Shown in pieces: positions 1 to 8,409 of a stretch of 38,298 bases of DNA; position 1 is the first letter of the stretch; each line of letters begins with the position of its first letter. Below the pieces are notes generated by a model, which had not been told where the DNA came from, searched no databases, and saw only the letters and a list, made by a program, of their open reading frames with translations. A program made the translations under genes and the position numbers. Origin of the DNA: a virus (Duplodnaviria; Caudoviricetes); the IMG/VR virus record IMGVR_UViG_3300048599_000839, positions 1 to 38,298 of that record; one strand, 5' to 3'.

Positions 1-612
1 ATGACCGCAACATTTCCCTACAAAGTCCGCCGCACGTTGACGACCGACGATCGACTTGTCATCGGCGATGAGATGGCCGGCGCCGCGGCGCGGCGTGAGC
101 AGCTCGGTGAGGAGCTCAAGGAAGTCAAAGAGCAATACAAGTCTCGTGTGACCGCCGCCGAGACGATTCTGCAACGCTGCCAGCGCGCTCTCAATAACGG
201 CTGGCAAATGGTCGAGGTGCCCTGCTACTGGAGCATGGACGTCCCTAACTATGGCCAGAAATCGATCATTCGCACGGACACCGGCGAGATCGTGCAGAGC
301 GAGGCAATGTCGAATTCTGATCGGCAAGAGGTCCTGGAGTTTGAAAGCGAAGGCGAAGGTGAGGCAGAGGGAAAGGAAGCGGATGGCCTGACTGATCAGC
401 CTGAAAAGGCCGTCGCGCTCGACTCGACAGAAGCGGCTTCAGGTCTGGACGATCCAAAGTGTACGCTGAGCACCGCTGATGGCAAGGTCCTGTTGGAAAT
501 GAAGAGCAGCGAACTGCACGCCGTCGCCGCCGGCCTCAAAAGAAAGAACAGTCGCCGAAAGTCTTCTGGTGTGGCCACTGAGGTCTCAACTGCGACTGAG
601 GAGCCGCGGTAA
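1..612 (+). CDS. Hypothetical phage protein (N-terminal coiled coil, acidic linker)
   Basis: 203 aa ORF whose stop overlaps the next start (TAATG). Confidence 0.75.
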   Translation: MTATFPYKVRRTLTTDDRLVIGDEMAGAAARREQLGEELKEVKEQYKSRVTAAETILQRCQRALNNGWQMVEVPCYWSMDVPNYGQKSIIRTDTGEIVQSEAMSNSDRQEVLEFESEGEGEAEGKEADGLTDQPEKAVALDSTEAASGLDDPKCTLSTADGKVLLEMKSSELHAVAAGLKRKNSRRKSSGVATEVSTATEEPR

Positions 613-1589
613 TGGGTCGCCACTCCGCAATCGAATGGTGCGACTCGACGGTCAATCCCATCATGGGCTGCGACGGCTGCGAGCTGCACGTTCCCGGCTC
701 GGCGGTAAGCCACTGTTATGCGGCTGACCAGATTCAGCGCTACGCAGGTCAAGTTGGCTGGCCTGGTTCGTTTGACAGACCGGCGGTCTTTGCTCGGCGA
801 ATTGAGGAGGCCTGTCACTGGCGGGATCTCACGGGCAAGGAGCGTCCCGAGAAGCCCTGGTTGAATGGGTTGCCGCGAATCATCTTCTGCAACGATCTTT
901 CGGACCCATTCACCGAGAGCATCGATCCGGAGAGCTGGCTGACGCCGGCGCTGCCCGCGATCCAGGGCTCTTCGCACGTTTGGATTTTCCTCACGAAGCG
1001 GGCGCGCAGGATGCGCGAGTACTGGACTCTGCATCCGATTCCACACAACGTCTGGCCCGGCGTGAGTGTGACTGGCCCTGGCACAGTCAAACGCACTGTC
1101 GATTTGCTGAACGTCCCCGGCGCCTCCATACGGCTGCTCAGCGCAGAGCCTCTCCTGCAATCGACGGATGTCTATCAGTTTTTGGGCGGCGATCGCAATC
1201 CAATCGGATCTGCTTATGGTGGCCGCGGTCTCGACTGGGTGATTTGCGGCTTTGAGTCTGGCCACGGAGCAAGGCCAGGGCATCCGGCCTGGGCGCGATT
1301 GATGCGTGATCACTGTCTGGTCGCGGGCGTCCCGTTCATGTTTAAGCAATGGGGCGAGTACCGGCCCGTTGGCTGTGCGGACGAAGACAGCGACGATGCG
1401 ATCGGCGACGCCGTCGAGTTTGCCGACGTCGAGCGCACGATTCTCGTCTACCCCGACGGCAGCATCGATGATGGCTCCAAGCGGCCGAACAAGCGGAACG
1501 GATGGTTTATGGAGCCAGTCGGCAAGGGTGCCTCGGGTCGCCTGCTCGACGGCCGGGAGTGGACCCAGATGCCGGAGGTGCGGGGATGA
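612..1589 (+). CDS. DUF5131 / phage Gp37Gp68 family protein (three-Cys, radical-SAM-like)
   Basis: Motifs SAIEWCDSTVNP, GCDGC...CYA, IFCNDLSDPF, LTKR, SAEPLL, LDWVICGFESG, VPFMFKQWG, GRLLDGREW. Confidence 0.92.
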   Translation: MGRHSAIEWCDSTVNPIMGCDGCELHVPGSAVSHCYAADQIQRYAGQVGWPGSFDRPAVFARRIEEACHWRDLTGKERPEKPWLNGLPRIIFCNDLSDPFTESIDPESWLTPALPAIQGSSHVWIFLTKRARRMREYWTLHPIPHNVWPGVSVTGPGTVKRTVDLLNVPGASIRLLSAEPLLQSTDVYQFLGGDRNPIGSAYGGRGLDWVICGFESGHGARPGHPAWARLMRDHCLVAGVPFMFKQWGEYRPVGCADEDSDDAIGDAVEFADVERTILVYPDGSIDDGSKRPNKRNGWFMEPVGKGASGRLLDGREWTQMPEVRG

Positions 1590-2038
1590 AGGCGATCTCT
1601 GTGATCCAGCCCTGGCCTTGGCTGATGATTCATGCGGGCAAGGATGTGGAGAATCGGCGCTGGCGAACATCGCACCGCGGGCCGATCGCGATTCACGCGA
1701 GCGCCAAGCGGTCATGGGAAGAGTGGGCGTATGCCTATTCCCACGTTGCGAATTGCAAAATCCACGTTGAGTTGCCCGAGGTCGAGATCGGCGAGCGGCG
1801 TACTGGGCGAGGTTCGACCACTTGGACGCTGAAGCGCTGGCCGGAAGAGCTCGTGATCGGCGCCGTGGTCGCGATTGCCGACTTGGTGGACTGCGTAACG
1901 GTGAGTGACTCACCGTGGTTCTTCGGCCCGTATGGCTTTGTGCTTGCGAACGTACGCCCGTTGGCGCGACCGATTCCAGCGAAAGGCGCGCTGCAGCTTT
2001 GGGAGTGGGATGTGCCTGAGGGGGTGCTTGCGGCATGA
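1586..2038 (+). CDS. ASCH domain protein
   Basis: MKAISVIQPWPWLMIHAGKDVENRRW carries the GxKxxExR motif, followed by RGPIAIHA and a C-terminal PIPAKGALQLW. Start placed at ATG 1586 (ATGA overlap, GGAGG RBS). Confidence 0.9.
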   Translation: MKAISVIQPWPWLMIHAGKDVENRRWRTSHRGPIAIHASAKRSWEEWAYAYSHVANCKIHVELPEVEIGERRTGRGSTTWTLKRWPEELVIGAVVAIADLVDCVTVSDSPWFFGPYGFVLANVRPLARPIPAKGALQLWEWDVPEGVLAA

Positions 2039-2325
2039 ACTCCAAGAGTTGTGAAGAGGCTTGCGCTAATAGCGATCGCAGGCTGGAGCTCATACAGGAA
2101 TTGCTGCACCACCGCGCCGGGATGCGGCTGATCCTCGGGGCTCGCTATGCCGAAGAAGTAAAAATCTACCGGCAGGCCCTACGAGGGAAGACAAAGGAGT
2201 CCGGAAAATCGCTGGCGGTGACCGCGCTGGAGCTGTGTAAAGAACTCGAGCGAGCCGGGTACTCTCCCAGGATGATGATGGCGGCGTTCGTCGAAGAGAG
2301 TGAGCGGCCGGAGGAAGAACTCTGA
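2035..2325 (+). CDS. Hypothetical protein
   Basis: 96 aa ORF, translationally coupled at both ends. Confidence 0.7.
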   Translation: MNSKSCEEACANSDRRLELIQELLHHRAGMRLILGARYAEEVKIYRQALRGKTKESGKSLAVTALELCKELERAGYSPRMMMAAFVEESERPEEEL

Positions 2326-2681
2326 TGGCCGTCTACATGCACGATCCGACGCGGCACGCCGGCACGGACGGTCCCCGCTGTTTCCACGGCCGCGAATTTA
2401 CGCATCTGTCGGCCGACACCGAGGCCGAGCTGCGAGCGTATGCGAAGAGCATCGGTCTGCCCATCCGCTGGATTCAGGACCCGGGCCAGCCATCGTTTCA
2501 TTTCGACGTGACGGGCCAGTGGCTCAAATACTGCCTGGTCGACACGGTGGTGCAGAAGATCGACAAGCGCGAATTTGTCAACCGTTTGCGCGTGAAGCGC
2601 GGACTGGAACGCTTGCCGGATCGGCCTGCGCTAGTGGCTGGGAGTTTCGATTTCGGCGTGGATGAGGGGGCCGGTCAGTGA
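2325..2681 (+). CDS. DUF4031 family protein
   Basis: MAVYMHD...HLSADTEAELRAYAKSIGL..RWIQ...HFDVT pattern. Confidence 0.8.
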   Translation: MAVYMHDPTRHAGTDGPRCFHGREFTHLSADTEAELRAYAKSIGLPIRWIQDPGQPSFHFDVTGQWLKYCLVDTVVQKIDKREFVNRLRVKRGLERLPDRPALVAGSFDFGVDEGAGQ

Positions 2682-2860
2682 GCCAGTTCCCGGAGTGGAA
2701 GTGTCCGGATTGCGGGCTGATGAATCCCGAGTTTCGGGAATGGTGCAAGCGGTGCAGCCGTTCGCGCGATGACGCGCCGACCACGACAGAGAAGAAACAT
2801 TCCGCGCCTGGCAGCGGGGACACGTTGGGTAAGACAGAAAACGAAAGTGAGCGAAATTGA
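2678..2860 (+). CDS. Small RanBP2-type zinc-finger protein
   Basis: WKCPDCGLMNPEFREWCKRC fits W-x-C-x2-C-x3-N-x6-C-x2-C exactly. Coupled to both neighbours. Confidence 0.7.
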   Translation: MSQFPEWKCPDCGLMNPEFREWCKRCSRSRDDAPTTTEKKHSAPGSGDTLGKTENESERN

Positions 2861-4611
2861 TGTTGGTTGAGGCTGTTCAAACGATCGCAGTCGGTAACCT
2901 GGCTGCGGAGGCCCTCTCTACTGCGGCCGCGCCCACCAGCGGGCTGCAGACGATTCCGATCGAAGCACTCCACGAGTCACTTTGGAACCCGCGCCGGCAC
3001 TTTGATGAAAAGACGCTCGGCGAACTCGCGCAAAGCATCCGCCAGCACGGGATCCTTACGCCATTGCTGGCGCGTCCGGATGCGGCCGGTTACGAAATCG
3101 CTGCGGGCCATCGGCGATTTCGAGCCGCGCAGATTGCCGGGCTGACTGAACGACCGGTGACTGTGCGCGCCATGACGGACCAGGAATTCCTGGAGGTCAT
3201 GACCTTGGAAAATCTGCAGCGGCAGGACGTGCACCCGCTCGAAGAGGCTGAAGGGTATCAACGGCTGATCGAGATGTACGGCTACACTCCGGTCGCGTTG
3301 GCTGAACGAGTCGGCCGAAGCGAGAGCTATGTACAAAAGCGCCTGGTGCTTCCCAGATTGATCGAGCCGCTCAAGGATGCTTTTTTGAAAGGCGAATTGG
3401 AGCTTGGGCACGCGCTGCTGTTGTGCCGCCTGCCCGAGTCAGATCAGCAGAGGGCGTTGAAGGAGGCCTTGTTTGATGAAGTGACGAAATGGGGCCCACA
3501 CGGGACGCGAATCCGAATTGGCAGGACTACCGCGTCAGTCAGTGAGCTGCGAGTTTGGATCGAAACCGATGTGATGCTCGATCTCTCGACCGCGCCGTGG
3601 AACCGTGAAGACGCAAAGCTCGCCAAGAAGGCCGGGCCCTGTACACATTGCGCCAAGCGAACGGGCAGTAATCTCACCCTGTTCGACGATGCGAAGAAGG
3701 GCGATCACTGTCTCGATCGCGCTTGCTGGAACCAGAAAATGAACGCCACCCTCCAGCGGATCGAAGCGCAGTTTAAGTCGCAGGGCAAGCCCCTCGTGAA
3801 GATCTCCAGCCAGTATACGAGCGACGAAGGCGTCCTCTCGAGCCATGAATACCATCGTGCTGCCGACGGAAAGAAGACGAAGAACTGTCAACACCTCGAG
3901 AAGGCTCTGGTTGTTGACGGTTCGGACAAGGGTTTCGTAGTTGAGATCTGCCGTACGACGTCGTGTGCAGTTCACTTCGACCAACGATCGTACGGGTGCG
4001 CGGTGGCAAAAGCAGATAAGCCATTCGCGGAGATCTGGAAAGACAAGAAGGCGCGGCTGGACGAGAGAATTGCAAACGAGCTGAAGCGAGAACTCTGGCG
4101 CCAAATCGTGCACGATGTGCCTGAAGAATTCAACCGGCCAGAGATGGACTTCGTGGGCCGCAAGCTGATCGAACGCGCAGGTCATGACGGGCGCCAGGCG
4201 CTGTGTGCTGCCCTCGGCCTGGAAGGCGAGAAGCACGAGACGTACGGCGGCTACGACTTTCAGGCGCCGCTACTCGCTCACATGGAAGGCCTCGAAGAAA
4301 AGCATCTGCCCGGGTTCTTGGTCGGATTGGCGCTCTATGGCGCGCTTTGCTTCGGCGATCAAGACCTCATGGCGTTTGCCGGGTTGTATGAGATCGATGC
4401 GAAAGCGGTTGAGGCAACGATCGCAACCCCGTTACGCGCGGAATTCGAAAAGAAGAAGGCGAAGGCCGCTGCCAATCATGCCGCTAAGGAGAAGGCGCAG
4501 GAAGCCGCCGCGAAAAAGGCAGCGCCGAAGAAGCATGCGGCAAAATCCGCAAAAAAGGCCGCAAAGGGTGCGAAGAAAGCTGCGTCGACCAGGACTCCGA
4601 GGACAAATTGA
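2857..4611 (+). CDS. ParB/RepB/Spo0J family protein with Cys cluster and Lys/Ala-rich C-terminal tail
   Basis: NPRRHF, LAQSIRQHGILTPL, YEIAAGHRRFRAA (arginine patch), ENLQRQDVHPLEEA, an HTH, CTHC...C...C, and an AAKKAA-rich tail. Confidence 0.92.
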   Translation: MMLVEAVQTIAVGNLAAEALSTAAAPTSGLQTIPIEALHESLWNPRRHFDEKTLGELAQSIRQHGILTPLLARPDAAGYEIAAGHRRFRAAQIAGLTERPVTVRAMTDQEFLEVMTLENLQRQDVHPLEEAEGYQRLIEMYGYTPVALAERVGRSESYVQKRLVLPRLIEPLKDAFLKGELELGHALLLCRLPESDQQRALKEALFDEVTKWGPHGTRIRIGRTTASVSELRVWIETDVMLDLSTAPWNREDAKLAKKAGPCTHCAKRTGSNLTLFDDAKKGDHCLDRACWNQKMNATLQRIEAQFKSQGKPLVKISSQYTSDEGVLSSHEYHRAADGKKTKNCQHLEKALVVDGSDKGFVVEICRTTSCAVHFDQRSYGCAVAKADKPFAEIWKDKKARLDERIANELKRELWRQIVHDVPEEFNRPEMDFVGRKLIERAGHDGRQALCAALGLEGEKHETYGGYDFQAPLLAHMEGLEEKHLPGFLVGLALYGALCFGDQDLMAFAGLYEIDAKAVEATIATPLRAEFEKKKAKAAANHAAKEKAQEAAAKKAAPKKHAAKSAKKAAKGAKKAASTRTPRTN

Positions 4612-5319
4612 GTGCCGCGCCGATTCTGGTCGAATGACGAAGTGCGCCAGCTTGCGATGCTATATCCGCAGCGCGCGACGAAGGATATCGCCAAGCTGCT
4701 GGGACGGACCGTCTGTAGCGTGCACGGAATGGCCGAGAAGCTCGGGTGTATGAAGTCGCCGGAGTTTCTTGCGAGCGAGGAATCCGGGCGACTCCGCAAG
4801 GGGCAGTTCCGGCCAGGCACGGAAGGGACACAGTTCCAAAAGGGTCACGTGCCGGCGAACAAGGGCCTGCGACGGCCTGGGTACGCTCCGGGCCGCATGA
4901 GGGAAACGCAATTTCAGCGGGGCAACCGCACTGGCATGGCGGCCTCAAACTGGGTGCCGATTGGAACGATCCGAACTGACGCGGATGGGTATCTCAGGAT
5001 CAAAGTCAGAGACGCGGTGCATGGCAAGGAGCCAACCGGCTACGGAAACGTGAGGGTCTGGCCGTTATACAGCCGTTGGCTCTGGGAGCAACACCATGGG
5101 CCCATTCCACCGAAGCACATCGTCACGTTCAAGGACGGCGATCGGGCGCACTGCGTAATCGAAAACTTGGAGCTGCTGTCCATGGCGGACAATGCCCGCC
5201 GGAACTCAATGTGGAGCACGCTTCCGCGCGAGCTAGCGGAGCTGATCCAGTTAAACGGAGCTTTGAAAAGAAAGTTGAGAACAGCCAGTGGCAAAGAACA
5301 AGATAACCGACCTTCGTGA
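4612..5319 (+). CDS. HNH endonuclease (HNH_3-like) with repeated QFxxG motifs
   Basis: WEQHHGPIPPKHIVTFKDGDRAHCVIENLEL...N, plus GQFRPG, TQFQKGHVPANKG and TQFQRG repeats. Confidence 0.85.
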   Translation: MPRRFWSNDEVRQLAMLYPQRATKDIAKLLGRTVCSVHGMAEKLGCMKSPEFLASEESGRLRKGQFRPGTEGTQFQKGHVPANKGLRRPGYAPGRMRETQFQRGNRTGMAASNWVPIGTIRTDADGYLRIKVRDAVHGKEPTGYGNVRVWPLYSRWLWEQHHGPIPPKHIVTFKDGDRAHCVIENLELLSMADNARRNSMWSTLPRELAELIQLNGALKRKLRTASGKEQDNRPS

Positions 5320-5584
5320 TCACCTCTTCGAGACAATCGAGGCGCTGAAGGATCCGGACAAGCCGATGGACCTCGATCGGGCCCGCGCGATCAGCGATGT
5401 GGCACAGACGATCATCAACGCGGCCAAAGTTGAAGTTGATCTCGTCAAGGCCGTGAATGGCAGTGCGCCTGGCAGTGCATCGTTCTTTAACCTTCCCAAT
5501 GAGACAAGAGAGCTTTCCAGGCCGGCGTGGGCGAAGGAACCCAGGCAGATTTCAGGATCCGCGAGGGCTCGGGAGGAAGCCTGA
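5288..5584 (+). CDS. Conserved phage protein (KNKITDLRDHLF type), usually adjacent to this HNH gene
   Basis: MAKNKITDLRDHLFETIEAL...RARAISDVAQTIINAAKVE pattern. Confidence 0.75.
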   Translation: MAKNKITDLRDHLFETIEALKDPDKPMDLDRARAISDVAQTIINAAKVEVDLVKAVNGSAPGSASFFNLPNETRELSRPAWAKEPRQISGSARAREEA

Positions 5585-5588
5585 CGCG

Positions 5589-5951
5589 ATGGGCGCATTG
5601 ATCCAGCAAATCGAGACGGCCGCGGGTCACCTCGACGCACTGCCGTCAGGTTGGGTCGAGGTGACACCAGGCCTTCGCTGGCGCTATGCGCTGGCGGGAT
5701 CCGCGTACGCATCTGTGGTGCGGGATCTCGACTCGTCGGCGGCCTGCCCGCGCTTCATCGTCTATTTCTATCCACAACAGGGCCACGCAGAAGAACGATC
5801 AGTCACTTCGTTTCAGAGCGCCATGCGGCGTGCCGACGGGCTTGTTCGTGGACGCAGCGGATTGGTTTCAACGCCGCGCACTCGTGGCCTGTTGGCGCGA
5901 GCGGAGCAGTTGGTGAGGCAGGCAGAGGTCTTAACCAGGCGGGCGGGGTGA
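5589..5951 (+). CDS. Hypothetical protein
   Basis: ATG 5589 follows a GGAGG RBS; the ORF fills the operon gap. Confidence 0.6.
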   Translation: MGALIQQIETAAGHLDALPSGWVEVTPGLRWRYALAGSAYASVVRDLDSSAACPRFIVYFYPQQGHAEERSVTSFQSAMRRADGLVRGRSGLVSTPRTRGLLARAEQLVRQAEVLTRRAG

Positions 5952-5952
5952 T

Positions 5953-6189
5953 ATGCGAAAGCGTAAGGCGTGCAAGCTATTCATGCTGCATGGACGACCG
6001 GTAGTACCGGGCTCCGAGTGGATCGTTCGACGCATGTGGGTGGAGACGCGGGTAGCCATCCTGGGCCGATGCAAGACGGGTCCAGGCTGGTGGGCGTACG
6101 CGCTGGACGCGAGCGGCGACAAGATCCATGTGCGCTATCCCTGGCAGCTCCTGCGGCCAGCTGGCCAGCAATGTAGGACTGCGAAGTAG
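5953..6189 (+). CDS. Hypothetical small basic protein
   Basis: 78 aa ORF starting 1 nt after the previous stop, with a GGGGTG RBS-like sequence. Confidence 0.55.
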   Translation: MRKRKACKLFMLHGRPVVPGSEWIVRRMWVETRVAILGRCKTGPGWWAYALDASGDKIHVRYPWQLLRPAGQQCRTAK

Positions 6190-6231
6190 GAATGCTCAGC
6201 TGCTGATGCAGCCGATAGGTGATGACAATCA

Positions 6232-7365
6232 ATGAAACAAGGCACCCCCAGTAACCCGAAGACGAAGGCCCTGGCGCGCCGCCTGCAAATTCCGATACCG
6301 TATGCGGTCGGGCTGCTGGACATGCTCTGGGAGTTCACCAGGACCTACGCTCGCGCTGGCGACGTAGGTCGATTCAGCGACTCCGAACTGGCCGATGCGA
6401 TGGGTTGGCCCATGGAGCGAAATGTCTCGGAGCTTATCGACGCCTTGGTGTCGACACCAGGTCAGCGCGGTTTCCTCGACCGCAGTGAAACGCATCGCCT
6501 GATTGTGCATGACTGGTCAGAGCACGCGGATCGCGCCGTGCATCAGTGGCTGCTCGTGCGACACGAGACGTTTGCGGACGGTTGGCAGCCGTTTGCGAGG
6601 ACCCCGAAACGGCGTGCGCGGAAGTCCGCCGACGACGATACGCCGGGATTTCAGTTCGGTTCCGAGGAGTCTGATCCTAGTCTGGATGAAGAGGGCCTAA
6701 AGGAGGAAACGTCAGGCGCTGACAAGCAAACGTCAGAAATCTCCGTTTCTTGCGCAAGAAACGGAGATTCTGCGGAGCCTCACGCGCGCGCGTGGTCAGC
6801 GCCATCTCCAGCGTCAGTGTCAGTGCCAGCGTCTGTCACTCCGGCGAAAGCGGTAAGTGCTTCGGGAAGCACCCTACCCTCGCAGAATCCTGTGGAAAAC
6901 ACGCCGCCGCCCGGGAAAGCAGCGAACAACGGACACGGCACGCCGCCACGAAGCCACGGTTTCGAATCGGCAGGTCGGGCGTTGGCGCGTTCAGAGCTCG
7001 CGGAGAGATACACGCCGGGCCAGCGCGAAGAGGCGCGGAAGTGGCTGCTCGGATACTCCGAGGCCGTTAATCGATCCCGGGAGTGGGGGGCGGTCGACGA
7101 TACGCTCGCGGCCATTGTGCTCGACGCGTTCGGAGGGTGCATTGACGCGGCAGCCGAGTACCTCCGGGATCACAGCCAAGCTCTGCGCATGCGGCATCGA
7201 AAGCCCGGTGACGGCTGGGGATGGCTGGTGAAAGTCCTGCGAGACGACAGAGCCGCGATCAACGCCTGGCTTACGCAGCGATCGCGTGAACCACCACACG
7301 CTGACGTCGGGCACGGCGAGTCGAGCCAGGTGATGGCGGGCAGTGAAATTCGAGGAGAGTTCTGA
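6232..7365 (+). CDS. Phage replication initiator-like protein (N-terminal wHTH, low-complexity linker)
   Basis: N-terminus NPKTKALARRL...AVGLLDMLW...LIVHDWSEH is typical of phage replisome organisers. The P/S/V-rich linker DNA contains repeats and a palindrome. Confidence 0.7.
   Translation: MKQGTPSNPKTKALARRLQIPIPYAVGLLDMLWEFTRTYARAGDVGRFSDSELADAMGWPMERNVSELIDALVSTPGQRGFLDRSETHRLIVHDWSEHADRAVHQWLLVRHETFADGWQPFARTPKRRARKSADDDTPGFQFGSEESDPSLDEEGLKEETSGADKQTSEISVSCARNGDSAEPHARAWSAPSPASVSVPASVTPAKAVSASGSTLPSQNPVENTPPPGKAANNGHGTPPRSHGFESAGRALARSELAERYTPGQREEARKWLLGYSEAVNRSREWGAVDDTLAAIVLDAFGGCIDAAAEYLRDHSQALRMRHRKPGDGWGWLVKVLRDDRAAINAWLTQRSREPPHADVGHGESSQVMAGSEIRGEF
6707..6772. repeat. Candidate replication origin: AAACGTCAG x2 plus a perfect 32-bp palindrome
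   Basis: AAACGTCAG at 6707 and 6728 (21 bp apart); AATCTCCGTTTCTTGC-GCAAGAAACGGAGATT at 6738-6769. Confidence 0.6.
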
Positions 7366-7586
7366 TGGCAATCCAATCGTCGCAAGGCAAGTTCTGTGCG
7401 CGCAATAGCTGCAGCATCAAGCTCGTGAGAGGCCTGGATGAGTCCGTCGAGGAGTTCGAGGTGCGCGTGCTCTGCCACCGATGCGAGCGCGAACTGGCCA
7501 GCATGTGCGAGAGTGAGCGACGCCGGCAGATGGGCGATGGCGAGAAGCGCACAAAGGCGCTGAAGTTCGGAGGTGCGCGTGACTAA
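7365..7586 (+). CDS. Hypothetical Cys-rich (Zn-binding) protein
   Basis: C-x4-C and C-x2-C motifs; TGATG coupling with an AGGAG RBS. Confidence 0.6.
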   Translation: MAIQSSQGKFCARNSCSIKLVRGLDESVEEFEVRVLCHRCERELASMCESERRRQMGDGEKRTKALKFGGARD

Positions 7587-7806
7587 CTCACTGCCGGCGC
7601 CTGCGACTTCGGTGCTCGACCCGGATCTACTCACCGTGAAAGAGGCTGCGCAAAGGTACCGCTATCATCCAAACACCATCCGACGTCTGCTGCGGAAGGG
7701 AAATCTGGATGGTCAGCGAGTAGGCGGGCAATGGCGCTTACGCAGAGAACAACTAGAGAAGGAAATGAATCAACTTGAATCAAAATGCAACAACTTGCAA
7801 CACTGA
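7579..7806 (+). CDS. HTH_17 / excisionase-MerR-like DNA-binding protein
   Basis: LLTVKEAAQRYRYHPNTIRRLLRKGNLDGQRVGGQWRL; GTG 7579 follows GGAGG. Confidence 0.88.
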   Translation: MTNSLPAPATSVLDPDLLTVKEAAQRYRYHPNTIRRLLRKGNLDGQRVGGQWRLRREQLEKEMNQLESKCNNLQH

Positions 7807-7840
7807 TGTTTCAAACGAAGCCGTGCAGTGTATGTTGCAA
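7766..7840 (+). promoter_or_regulatory. Candidate late promoter with four 10-bp phased repeats
   Basis: TGAATCAACT/TGAATCAAAA/TGCAACAACT/TGCAACACTG at 7766-7805, a weak -35 (TTTCAA) and a -10 TATGTT at 7831-7836, upstream of the packaging genes. Confidence 0.5.
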
Positions 7841-7922
7841 GAAGAGTTTCACCTCTTCGACGCCGTTCATCAGCCGAGGCATACGGCGCGCAACTCCTCG
7901 CATTAGACCGCGCAAGCGGCCA

Positions 7923-8246
7923 ATGCAAATCCAACTGCTCATGAATGTCCCCATCTATTCGTCCGATGGCCACCTGCTACGGTCCGAACCTGAGGAGCAC
8001 ATCCTCGCAAACCGGCAGCAGTTCGCTTTGACGTGCAATCGTCGCGGTCACGTAAAGCGAGCGACGTTGAAGCCGCCCGCCGTCTCATTCGATCAGCGGC
8101 CAACGAGTAGCGTGGGCAACGCATTCCTGCAAACTTTGCCGACGGGCGCGACCTATGCGTTGCATGGCGTGCGTGGCTCCGGCGGGCGTGACGTGGTCGG
8201 TGAACCCCATGGCAAATACAGTCGGCGCGAAATGGTTGGCTGTTGA
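7923..8246 (+). CDS. Hypothetical protein (start 7923 or 7941)
   Basis: Protein-like ORF between the candidate late promoter and the cos region. Confidence 0.55.
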   Translation: MQIQLLMNVPIYSSDGHLLRSEPEEHILANRQQFALTCNRRGHVKRATLKPPAVSFDQRPTSSVGNAFLQTLPTGATYALHGVRGSGGRDVVGEPHGKYSRREMVGC

Positions 8247-8409
8247 GCACCAGGCAGCCGCATCCGTCGCGGCAGCTCCTGAGCCTGAGACGCCCTATGA
8301 GGCGTGTCCGGTGGGTAGTCCGCTGGTCGAGCGGCTGAGCGGCGAGAGTCTGGCGGCTCTGGCGGGGTGTGTGGACTGGACAGTGGCTGAACTCCTGGCC
8401 AGGGTCGGC

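Noticed and set aside
396-2093. 565 aa minus-strand ORF
   Set aside because: Antisense shadow of the well-supported DUF5131 and ASCH genes in GC-rich DNA, with no recognisable motifs.
6738-6769. Palindrome as an N15-type telomere resolution site
   Set aside because: No protelomerase is recognisable, the palindrome lies inside a coding gene, and the phage has an ordinary integrase.
7840-7900. Possible minus-strand hammerhead ribozyme (CTGATGA...GAAA, with a plausible stem III)
   Set aside because: Stems I and II do not pair adequately, and the plus-strand hairpins explain the sequence better.
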